A DNA stretch of 38,387 nt, taken from Bdellovibrionia bacterium. GTDB lineage: Bacteria; Bdellovibrionota; UBA1018. The notes beneath the pieces are model-generated. The model had not been told where the DNA came from and did not search any database. It saw only the letters and a list, made by a program, of their open reading frames with translations. The stretch's first letter is position 1; each line of letters begins with the position of its first letter. Both the position numbers and the translations under genes were made by a program. This document shows positions 1-6,965 of this stretch, in pieces. The stretch spans positions 1-38,387 of the forward strand of contig JBGAWT010000002.1 of NCBI GenBank assembly GCA_044227445.1. The letters run 5' to 3'.

Positions 1-367
1 CGCAAAGCTCCGATTTGGTGTCCACGGGGAACGAGAGGCTCGTGTAGTGCGGATCAGTCGATACGTCTTGGGAGAGGTAGTAGCGCTTGGTGCGGATCGC
101 CGCGCCCATGATGCCCGAGTTGACCGGAAACGAGTAACCCAGCTTAAGATGCGCGCGGTGAGCGCCTGCTTCGGCTCGGAGCGTGTAGCTGGCGGCGTCG
201 TCTGACACCGTCCAAATATGAATGCTGTAGTAGTGGAACTTTTCTTGGATGAGGTTGACGACCTGTTGATGGAAATCAGGCGCGGAGACCAAGCCCTGGA
301 GGCGCGTGGAGAGCTCGTTGAGGAGCCTCAGTTGCATCGCTTGCTTTTGTATCGACGAGATCGCCAT
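1..367 (-). CDS. GAF domain-containing protein, N-terminal 122 aa (gene runs off the left edge; absent from the ORF track)
   Basis: Manual reverse-complement translation from the ATG at 367 is open to position 1: MAISSIQKQAMQLRLLNELSTRLQGLVSAPDFHQQVVNLIQEKFHYYSIHIWTVSDDAASYTLRAEAGAHRAHLKLGYSFPVNSGIMGAAIRTKRYYLSQDVSTDPHYTSLSFPVDTKSELC. The pattern G..G......Y...DV..DP.Y......T.SEL is typical of GAF domains. Track ORFs 218..505 and 306..491 are antisense to it. Confidence 0.65.
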   Translation of the reverse strand, partial: MAISSIQKQAMQLRLLNELSTRLQGLVSAPDFHQQVVNLIQEKFHYYSIHIWTVSDDAASYTLRAEAGAHRAHLKLGYSFPVNSGIMGAAIRTKRYYLSQDVSTDPHYTSLSFPVDTKSELC

Positions 368-429
368 ACCACCACACCACTTTTTACCTGGTCAGGAGAG
401 GGAACTTTTTTCAAAGCGCCCTTTCTTTT

Positions 430-457
430 TTGCCCGACTGGCGGAGTGCACTATATA
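430..457 (+). promoter_or_regulatory. Possible sigma-70-type promoter (TTGCCC - 16 nt - TATATA)
   Basis: TTGCCC at 430-435 and TATATA at 452-457, inside the AT-richer divergent intergenic region 368-643. It lies about 190 nt upstream of the 644 start. This is a sequence match only. Confidence 0.25.
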
Positions 458-643
458 TTTTTTACAGCACCGCGTCAAGAAGAGTTCTTGAGCTGTTTAG
501 TTTGAGATGAGGCGTACGCCGCCCAAACAGCCCACCGCGTGCTTTCAGTTGGGGCAGGAGCAAGGCGATTTTGAGGCTGGAAGGGGGGCATTTTGACCCC
601 AAACCCCTCTAATTTTAATCTGGCGATCTGCCGATGAGACTAT

Positions 644-1249
644 ATGGGTCGGTTTTTAGGAGGATTTTTGATTGTTTTCAGTGGGTTAGGGGCGGGAGAG
701 GCTTTAGCCCAGGTTCGGCTCATTGACCATGACAACCCTCCTGAGGGCTATGTGAGCCGTGCGGTATCCGAAGGAACCATTCTTCAGCCCCAAATCGAGA
801 TCAAGATCAAAGCCAGCCAGCAGGAGCAGCGAGTCATCCAAGGCACCCAAAGCTGCACCTGGAAGTTCCACAGCAAACCCAAAGAACACATTGTGGCTCC
901 AAGAACACGGAACCTCGTCGTGGGTCGTCCAAAGCTAACGAACGGTTCTGTCTGGGAGTGGACGAGTCGAATCACCGTTTACGAAGTGGAGATTCCCTTC
1001 AAGGGCGATCCTGACATCGCAGGGTTGAACTGCCGCTTGAATGCCAATCTCCTGCGCAAGAATTTTGGCGAGGACGGGAAACCCTCGGACCTGCCTCCTG
1101 AGGACATCTATCCTTCGCTGGATGACGTCAACGCGATCTTGGGCGGGACGGCGCTAGCTTACCGGGATCCCAAGCGCAAATGGGGTACTCTCAAGGGCGA
1201 AGTCGCTCCGGCTGAATCCGGGCCAGTGGTTTCGCCCAGCGCCGAGTAA
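644..1249 (+). CDS. Hypothetical secreted protein
   Basis: 201-aa ORF with an N-terminal signal-like segment (MGRFLGGFLIVFSGLGAGEALAQ). No family motif recognised. The antisense ORFs inside it are short. Confidence 0.5.
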   Translation: MGRFLGGFLIVFSGLGAGEALAQVRLIDHDNPPEGYVSRAVSEGTILQPQIEIKIKASQQEQRVIQGTQSCTWKFHSKPKEHIVAPRTRNLVVGRPKLTNGSVWEWTSRITVYEVEIPFKGDPDIAGLNCRLNANLLRKNFGEDGKPSDLPPEDIYPSLDDVNAILGGTALAYRDPKRKWGTLKGEVAPAESGPVVSPSAE

Positions 1250-1297
1250 GGCTCTTTCTCTTTACTGATGCGAATTAATGAAAATCAGCTTCTCTTG

Positions 1298-1831
1298 TTA
1301 GAAAAAGAACGTGAGCTTAAGCCTCGGCAGCACCATATAGCGGCCACCGCCGATGGCATTCACTTCGCCGTCCACCGAGACCATCATGAAGTCCGTCGGA
1401 ACGAAGCCGATGCGAAGCGTTCCGCCGTAAACCACGGTCACGTTTTGGGGATTGAAGCTGCCAGGGCCGTCATCCACCGTAGGGATGAATGCTCCGATGT
1501 TGGCTCCTAAGCCCAGAACGATCGGACCGGAGTGAAAGTCGTAGTAAGGCGTAAGCGTCGCTACAAAGCCAGCGGGTAAGAAGTATGAGCCTGCGTAGCC
1601 GCCGAAGATAAAGGAACCCGAAGCGCGCACGCCAAAATTGACGGGTAAATGCACGCCCAGATCGATTTGAGGATTGAGCCAGGTGAGGCGGTTGGCAAAC
1701 GTGCCCACTCCATTACCGACGCCCACCAGAATTCGCGCTCGATCTGCGCCATCCTTTGCCTGCACGGCGGGTGAATGAACAGCGGTGAGTGCCGAGAATA
1801 AAATCAAAGCTACCGAAATCTTGTTTTTCAT
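1298..1831 (-). CDS. Small Gly-rich putative outer-membrane beta-barrel protein
   Basis: Start moved to the internal Met (MKNKISVALILFSALTAVHSPAVQA signal peptide; cat at 1829-1831), which also avoids overlap with the thiolase stop. Alternating hydrophobic/Gly-rich strands and a C-terminal ...LKLTFFF, matching the aromatic terminal signature of OM beta-barrels. Confidence 0.5.
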   Translation of the reverse strand: MKNKISVALILFSALTAVHSPAVQAKDGADRARILVGVGNGVGTFANRLTWLNPQIDLGVHLPVNFGVRASGSFIFGGYAGSYFLPAGFVATLTPYYDFHSGPIVLGLGANIGAFIPTVDDGPGSFNPQNVTVVYGGTLRIGFVPTDFMMVSVDGEVNAIGGGRYMVLPRLKLTFFF

Positions 1832-1835
1832 CGAG

Positions 1836-3113
1836 TTATGCCCCCTCAACGACCATTACAAGGCCTAGTCCCCCTGCAGCGCAAATAGAAATGAGGCAGA
1901 GATTCTTTTTTCGCGCCTTAAGCTCATACAGAGCTTGGAGCATGATGCGACCGCCCGTTGCGCCAAACGGATGGCCCAGCGGAATGCTTCCGCCATTTAC
2001 ATTGAGCTTGGAGCGATCCAACTGTTGGGTGATGGGCGAATCGAGCCCCAACTTTTCTTTGCACCATTGCGGGCTTTCGATGGCCTTGATGGTTGAGAGC
2101 ACCTGAGCAGCGAACGCTTCGTGAATCTCAAACAGATCGAGATCCTTCCAGCTCACGCCTGCCATCTTAAGCGCTTTAGGCATGGCGTAGGCGGGCCCGA
2201 TGAGCAGCGGTTCTTTTTTGAGATCGATCGCGGCAGCCGCAACGGAGCGCAAGGCGCCCAAGATAGGAAGGCCCAGTTCTTTGGCTTTGCTCTCTTTCAT
2301 CATCAACACGGCCGACGCGCCATCGGTCAGAGGCGAGGCGTTGGCAGCAGTGATGGTGCCGTCCTTATAGAAGACGGGACGGAGCTTGGACATCTTCTCT
2401 AAGTTCGAATCCGCTCGAACGTCCGTGTCTCGGTCCACGACCTTGCCATCAGGAAGAGCCACAGGAACGACGTGGGTTTTGTAGAAGCCTTTTTCCCATG
2501 CGGCGTGAGCTTTTTGATGGCTCTCTAGCGCGTATTGATCCTGTTCTTGGCGAGTAACCTTAAATTCGCGCGCCATGAGGTCCGCGCTCTGGCCCATGGA
2601 CAGTCCCGTCGTAGGTTCGGTGATGCCCGGTGCATGAGGAGCAAAAAGGCCGGGGCGCATCTTGGCTAGGTGCGCGAGCTTCTGTCCCACCGATTTGGCT
2701 TTGCCGAAATCCTGGAAGTAGTTGGTCGCATCTTGGCTAAACAGCGCGCGGATGGAGCTAATCGATTCGACGCCGCCCGCCAGTCCGATTTCGATCTGGC
2801 CGGACTGAATTTTGGCAGCGATGCCCGCGATGGCTTCGCCTGCCGAAGCGCAGTACCGATTAACCGTCGTGCAAGGAATCTGCGGCGGCAGGCCCGAGTC
2901 AAAGAGCGCCTCGCGCGAGACGTTGCTGCCTTCGGCCGGTGGACTCACGATGCCGAAGTAAACCTCATCGATAAGCTTTGGGTCGATGCCTGAGCGAGCG
3001 ACGGTCTCTCGAAGTGCCACTCCGCCTAAAGCGGATGCGGGCATCTTTTTATAAACAGAGCGGGCTCGGGCAAAAGGTGTGCGTGCGCCAGCGACAATGA
3101 CGACTCGGTCCAT
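1836..3113 (-). CDS. Acetyl-CoA acetyltransferase / 3-ketoacyl-CoA thiolase
   Basis: 425 aa with the thiolase signatures: acyl-enzyme Cys in NRYCASAGEAI, NVNGGSIPLGHPFGATGGR, and the C-terminal Cys in ISICAAGGLGLVMVVE. Confidence 0.9.
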   Translation of the reverse strand: MDRVVIVAGARTPFARARSVYKKMPASALGGVALRETVARSGIDPKLIDEVYFGIVSPPAEGSNVSREALFDSGLPPQIPCTTVNRYCASAGEAIAGIAAKIQSGQIEIGLAGGVESISSIRALFSQDATNYFQDFGKAKSVGQKLAHLAKMRPGLFAPHAPGITEPTTGLSMGQSADLMAREFKVTRQEQDQYALESHQKAHAAWEKGFYKTHVVPVALPDGKVVDRDTDVRADSNLEKMSKLRPVFYKDGTITAANASPLTDGASAVLMMKESKAKELGLPILGALRSVAAAAIDLKKEPLLIGPAYAMPKALKMAGVSWKDLDLFEIHEAFAAQVLSTIKAIESPQWCKEKLGLDSPITQQLDRSKLNVNGGSIPLGHPFGATGGRIMLQALYELKARKKNLCLISICAAGGLGLVMVVEGA

Positions 3114-3164
3114 GGTGGGAAGTCCTTTCGAACTTCGAATGTACCATGGCTGGCTGTTTTGGCG

Positions 3165-4262
3165 CTAACGTTTGCCGTATTCGAGGGCTTGGGCGCATTT
3201 CTTGCGGCCCAGGAGGAAGCGGTTCTCGTAGATGAGCTTCTTGTTGAACTCGTCGGTAAACGGCTGAAGGATGTCGTGAGAGGTGTTGGCGTAACGCTGC
3301 TCGCCCTTGGCATTCACCGCGTAAATGGCGTTCATGTCCATTACGAGCACGGGAGCGCCTTTGGAAAAATCCAGCTTATCAAAGTTCAGGTTGTGCACGC
3401 GTGTGCCTAGGGTGCGCGTCTGAAATCTCACCGAACGGCCCCTGGGATCATTGGCTGAGTACTCAATCTGCCATTGTGTAGGCTCTAAAAGGGCATCGGG
3501 TGCCGAGCCGTCGAGCTTGGTTCTCATCAGCGCGTTGCTGACCTTGCTGAAGGGATCCATATTCTCCCGGTTGGCAAACTCAGCGGCGATGGCAAAGCGC
3601 CTCTCAGAAGAGCGGCGCCATTTGCTGAGCCAAGGATCGTATTTCCATTTCTTGGAGTAGTTGAGCGCCTCGTCGTAGGTGTCGTTGGTTAGTGCAGCAG
3701 CAGGCAGGGTGTCTTTATAATGGACCACGGGCTTGCCGTTGAGGAACTCTACGGTTGCCACATCACCCTTGGCGTCAGCGATGAAGTAATGGATGCCCAC
3801 AAAGGCTTTGACGATCCGAAGCCGCTCGATGTTTTTAACGACTTCTTCGGTGGTCGCGTATTGGTCGAGCTGAAACTGCGTCCATTGCGACTCGTTGACG
3901 AAAGGCTTGGCTACTTCGGAGCTATTAAACTTGGTGCTGTCGAGTTGCAGCATTTCGACGACGAGGCCTTTTTCGTTCATTCCACCGATGGGAAGGGCTT
4001 TTCCAAACTGGGTGAAGGTCACGCTGCCGTACTTGGAGGTCCATTTGGCTGGGTTGGGGGAGTTGTCGAGATTGAGCGCTTCGCGGTCCACGCCACGGGG
4101 ATTGACGAATACAGCGCCGTGCCCGTGCCTGAAAAACCAATCGTAGTTTTTTCCGACGACGACATGCTCGCCATCTTTGGCGCAAAGCGCGGTGCACGCT
4201 TGGCTTGGGGAGACGTCTGCGATCGAAACGACGGCTGCAAAGAGAAGCGCTGCTTTGTTCAT
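3165..4262 (-). CDS. Choloylglycine hydrolase / penicillin V acylase family Ntn hydrolase (peptidase C59-like), secreted
   Basis: Signal peptide followed by the nucleophile Cys (..SPSQA|CTALCAKDGEHVVVGKNYDW), the hallmark N-terminus of linear amide C-N hydrolases of this family. 365 aa. Confidence 0.75.
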   Translation of the reverse strand: MNKAALLFAAVVSIADVSPSQACTALCAKDGEHVVVGKNYDWFFRHGHGAVFVNPRGVDREALNLDNSPNPAKWTSKYGSVTFTQFGKALPIGGMNEKGLVVEMLQLDSTKFNSSEVAKPFVNESQWTQFQLDQYATTEEVVKNIERLRIVKAFVGIHYFIADAKGDVATVEFLNGKPVVHYKDTLPAAALTNDTYDEALNYSKKWKYDPWLSKWRRSSERRFAIAAEFANRENMDPFSKVSNALMRTKLDGSAPDALLEPTQWQIEYSANDPRGRSVRFQTRTLGTRVHNLNFDKLDFSKGAPVLVMDMNAIYAVNAKGEQRYANTSHDILQPFTDEFNKKLIYENRFLLGRKKCAQALEYGKR

Positions 4263-4295
4263 CGTGGCTCGGTTACCGCTCCTAAAGCCGCTTGT

Positions 4296-5105
4296 CTAGC
4301 GCTCCTTGGGAGCCTCAGGCACCAGGCCCTTGCCTGTTTTGAGCAGGGTCCTGAGCCAATCAAAAAACGCGGTCGTGACCGCCTGCTCGTGCCCTCTTGT
4401 GGCCAATCCTTGCTTCCGAAAGTCGCGTGCCAGGAGCTTAAAGTCTTTTTTGGACTCGCGGGTGTGGACGCATTCGACGCCAAAACCCGCGCCATGGGGA
4501 TCAATGAAAGCAACTTTGCCGCGCGCTGAGATATCGCGCCCCAGCGCTTGAAAGCTAAATACCAGCTCATCACCTTGCTTGGGCTTGTGATCACAGCGGA
4601 TGAAAACGCCGCCCTCGGAGAGGTTTCCAATCAATCCCTGGTGCGCCGATCCGCCCCGCCACGCGAGCTCCACGGGGGATTTGAATTGGTAGCGTGGTTT
4701 TTGTTCCCACCACCGAACTTTGCGATCGAAGTAGGCGCGCCTCACCGCAGGAATCAGGAAATAAGTCACGATCACGAGGTTGAAGATCCAGAAGCCGAGC
4801 ACCACGGGAATGGTCATGATCTCGGGGTGACGCTGCCAGTTCTCAACGCTAATGACGAAGCTGCGCGCCGATGCGAGCAAGAAGACAGGGTAGCTCCATT
4901 CTTTGACGGCCCAGATCGCTATCCCCGCGACTGGAAGCAGCAGGAAATCGCAGAGGATCTCGAACACCGTTTTTTGAGCGAAGTAAAAAGGGAAGTATTC
5001 TGCCGGGCCCGCGTGAAGCATCCACATCGCCAAAGCGAAGTTAAAGAGCGGAGCGACGATGTGGGCGAACGCCAAGATCCGAATGGGCCAGGGTTTGGAG
5101 GTCAT
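4296..5105 (-). CDS. Multi-pass membrane protein with C-terminal PilZ (c-di-GMP binding) domain
   Basis: Start moved to MTSKPWPIRILAF (cat at 5103-5105). About 5 hydrophobic helices, then RRAYFDRKVRWWEQKPR (RxxxR-type) and GNLSEGGVFI ([DN]xSxxG), the two PilZ motifs. Confidence 0.7.
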   Translation of the reverse strand: MTSKPWPIRILAFAHIVAPLFNFALAMWMLHAGPAEYFPFYFAQKTVFEILCDFLLLPVAGIAIWAVKEWSYPVFLLASARSFVISVENWQRHPEIMTIPVVLGFWIFNLVIVTYFLIPAVRRAYFDRKVRWWEQKPRYQFKSPVELAWRGGSAHQGLIGNLSEGGVFIRCDHKPKQGDELVFSFQALGRDISARGKVAFIDPHGAGFGVECVHTRESKKDFKLLARDFRKQGLATRGHEQAVTTAFFDWLRTLLKTGKGLVPEAPKER

Positions 5106-5192
5106 AGATCGATTATGGCGCGCAATTTGGCGTCCGACAAAGGCTGAATGCGCGTGGCTCTGGACGACGGGCTCAATCGATGTCACCGTTTA

Positions 5193-5774
5193 ATGATGCG
5201 ACACATCGCGTGGGTGGGGCTGGTCCTTGGATTGAGTTCGAGCGTAGCGCGGGCCGAGCTGCGGCCTTTTTTCAACGAGCTTCAGATCGAAGGCGGCGGC
5301 GCTTATGCTTTGAATTCGGGCGTCGCCCCTGGCGTGGGCGGAAAGTTCAACACTGGCATCGATATCGGAACAGCCGGCATCGAGGCGGCGATTCATATTT
5401 TTTACGGCCCCCAGGTATTTGGAACGACTGCACCTCAGCATTACTTGGGGATTTTTGATCTGGGCCTTCGCCTGAGAATCTATCTCGGAAAAGTCGCGCT
5501 CAAAATCGGGGGAGTTTATGGCGGCGCTTTCTTTCCCTACAACGGATCCAGCCAGTACGTGACGGGATGGGGAGGTGGGCCCTCCATCGGATTGACCTAT
5601 CTGACGAGCTTGGATCATCCGCTCTATGCTGGATTTGGAATTGAAGGGCAGGCGATGTTCATGCCCTTCTTGATGCCTGCTCCAACGAGTCTGGCGATCT
5701 TATTCAACGCCAATGTCACGGCGTTTGTCGGCGCGCGACTTACCATTTTTGAAAAGCTGATCTCTCGTCGCTAG
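5193..5774 (+). CDS. Hypothetical secreted Gly-rich protein (beta-rich)
   Basis: Start placed at the internal MMRHIAWVGLVLGLSSSVARA signal peptide (ATG 5193). Gly/aromatic-rich alternating pattern; no family recognised. Confidence 0.45.
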   Translation: MMRHIAWVGLVLGLSSSVARAELRPFFNELQIEGGGAYALNSGVAPGVGGKFNTGIDIGTAGIEAAIHIFYGPQVFGTTAPQHYLGIFDLGLRLRIYLGKVALKIGGVYGGAFFPYNGSSQYVTGWGGGPSIGLTYLTSLDHPLYAGFGIEGQAMFMPFLMPAPTSLAILFNANVTAFVGARLTIFEKLISRR

Positions 5775-5791
5775 GTGCTTATTTTTTCCAG

Positions 5792-5895
5792 GTTAGATTT
5801 TTCATCTTTCTTCGCAGATTCGTCGCGTCACGAAGACGTACCCAAGCGACGAAGGACAGGATGTCCGGTCTGCGAAGAAAGATGAAAAATCTAAC
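5792..5895. repeat. Perfect 27-bp inverted repeat with 50-nt structured spacer (large hairpin; possible terminator or REP/MITE-like element)
   Basis: Left arm 5792-5818 GTTAGATTTTTCATCTTTCTTCGCAGA is the exact reverse complement of right arm 5869-5895 TCTGCGAAGAAAGATGAAAAATCTAAC. The spacer has two nested stems: TTCGTCGC 5819-5826 with GCGACGAA 5846-5853, and GGACA-GGA-TGTCC at 5854-5866. It lies between convergent genes, and the right arm overlaps the stop codon of 5891..6223. Confidence 0.9.
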
Positions 5896-6223
5896 GGGTG
5901 TTTTCGAGATGCTGAGCGAGCGCTTCGTCGGCGAGCAGCACTTCGATTGCGGCGATCAGATTTTCGATCGCGGCCCGGGCGTGCGGAAGGGCCGATGCGC
6001 GGGCGACTTTACCTGGAGGGATGGCGTCTTCAGCTTGCGAGGCCAGTTCCTTCAGAGTGGGGAGTTCGAATCCATCGCTCGTAGTAGCCACCGCTTTGCA
6101 TTCGCGACGCAGACTTTCCCAGTCGCGCTCAACGAGTAGAGAACGAATCTTTCTGACGCGAAGCGCCAGGCGTTCGAGGAAGCGACGTTTTAAGCGGGCT
6201 TGGACTTCGGATTCGGCTGCCAT
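5891..6223 (-). CDS. Hypothetical helical protein, weakly Hpt-like
   Basis: 110-aa ORF. The layout RRFLERL...IRSLLVERDWESLRRECKAVATTSDGFELPTLKELAS resembles the Hpt four-helix pattern (..H.LKGSA...G...L), but Cys sits where the phospho-His is expected. Weak call. Confidence 0.4.
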   Translation of the reverse strand: MAAESEVQARLKRRFLERLALRVRKIRSLLVERDWESLRRECKAVATTSDGFELPTLKELASQAEDAIPPGKVARASALPHARAAIENLIAAIEVLLADEALAQHLENTR

Positions 6224-6330
6224 AAGGTCCCCAATTCTTACTCGATGTATCGGAAGGAAGCCAAGGAAAGATAAGCTGGCGCCTATTCCTCATGGCATAG
6301 GACTGCAGGGTCTGGTAGCCAATTGAGAAA

Positions 6331-6753
6331 ATGAATAATGAAGAGCGGGACTTGCTCAACAAGTACCTCGACACAGTAAACGAGACAGAGCAAAAGACGG
6401 GCGAGGCTTTTTCTAAGGCTGTTCTTCAGCTGTCCTCAGGCGCTCTTGGCTTATCAGTCACTCTTTCTTCCAATCGCTGGATGCCCTGCGCTAGCCTCGT
6501 AAAGGTATCGTGGGGATTTTTTGTAGCGGCTATATTTCTTACGGTATTTGCTGGCCCGATCAAGATCAAAGGCCTTCATTACCAGGTGGATTTAGCGGAG
6601 AAATATTTTTCGGATTCAAATCAACCCTATCCCGATATTCGATCCAATCCCTACTACCGGGCATTGGGTTTGATGAGTATTGCAGCGGGAACGGCTTTTT
6701 TTGTAGGTGTTGTGCTCATGGCAATTAGCTTAGGGGGAATCGTGAATGGCTAA
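6331..6753 (+). CDS. Hypothetical integral membrane protein (about 3 TM)
   Basis: 140-aa ORF with hydrophobic segments (GALGLSVTLSS, VSWGFFVAAIFLTVFAGPI, ALGLMSIAAGTAFFVGVVLMAISLGGIV). By hand count, three 60-nt stretches between 6361 and 6660 were 40-50% GC (average about 46%), lower than the window. Confidence 0.5.
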   Translation: MNNEERDLLNKYLDTVNETEQKTGEAFSKAVLQLSSGALGLSVTLSSNRWMPCASLVKVSWGFFVAAIFLTVFAGPIKIKGLHYQVDLAEKYFSDSNQPYPDIRSNPYYRALGLMSIAAGTAFFVGVVLMAISLGGIVNG

Positions 6754-6826
6754 GAAAAAAACAGTGAAGAAGAAAGCGGCGAAGAAAAAAAGTAAAAAAC
6801 GGATTCCGCGTCCGCCAAGGAGATAG
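6746..6826 (+). CDS. Candidate small ORF: 26-aa poly-lysine peptide MAKKKTVKKKAAKKKSKKRIPRPPRR
   Basis: ATG at 6746 overlaps the last codons of the upstream ORF in another frame. GGGGGA at 6733-6738 lies 7 nt upstream as a Shine-Dalgarno candidate. TAG at 6824-6826. Not in the track because it is under 60 aa. Confidence 0.3.
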   Translation: MAKKKTVKKKAAKKKSKKRIPRPPRR

Positions 6827-6827
6827 C

Positions 6828-6962
6828 GTGTCTAAGAAAGAGTCCGGACAGATAAGAAACGATTCAGGTATTCCGCGAGTTCCAGTCAAAGCGCCAGAAA
6901 CGCCTGTTTCGCCTTCAGCCTCTGGTTCGCAAGGATCGCAAGAGAGCTCTTCAGAAGATTAA
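6828..6962 (+). CDS. Candidate small ORF: 44-aa Ser/Pro-rich peptide with acidic tail
   Basis: GTG at 6828 is preceded by AAGGAGA (6816-6822), a strong SD at ideal spacing. Translation: (M)SKKESGQIRNDSGIPRVPVKAPETPVSPSASGSQGSQESSSED. The TAA at 6960-6962 is only 3 nt from the convergent tolB stop. Confidence 0.3.
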   Translation: MSKKESGQIRNDSGIPRVPVKAPETPVSPSASGSQGSQESSSED

Positions 6963-6965
6963 GTC

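Noticed and set aside
3720-4529. 269-aa plus-strand ORF
   Set aside because: It is antisense to the Ntn hydrolase and the 3' end of the PilZ gene, with no recognisable motif. The hydrolase frame carries the signal peptide plus the Cys nucleophile signature.
4548-5147. 199-aa plus-strand ORF
   Set aside because: It is antisense to the PilZ membrane protein gene. Only the minus frame gives hydrophobic helices and PilZ motifs.
6293-6307. Second sigma-54-like element TGGCATAGGACTGCA upstream of 6331
   Set aside because: Its GG-N9-GC spacing is one short of the strict N10, and the -12 TTGC is incomplete. This is not sufficient to call.
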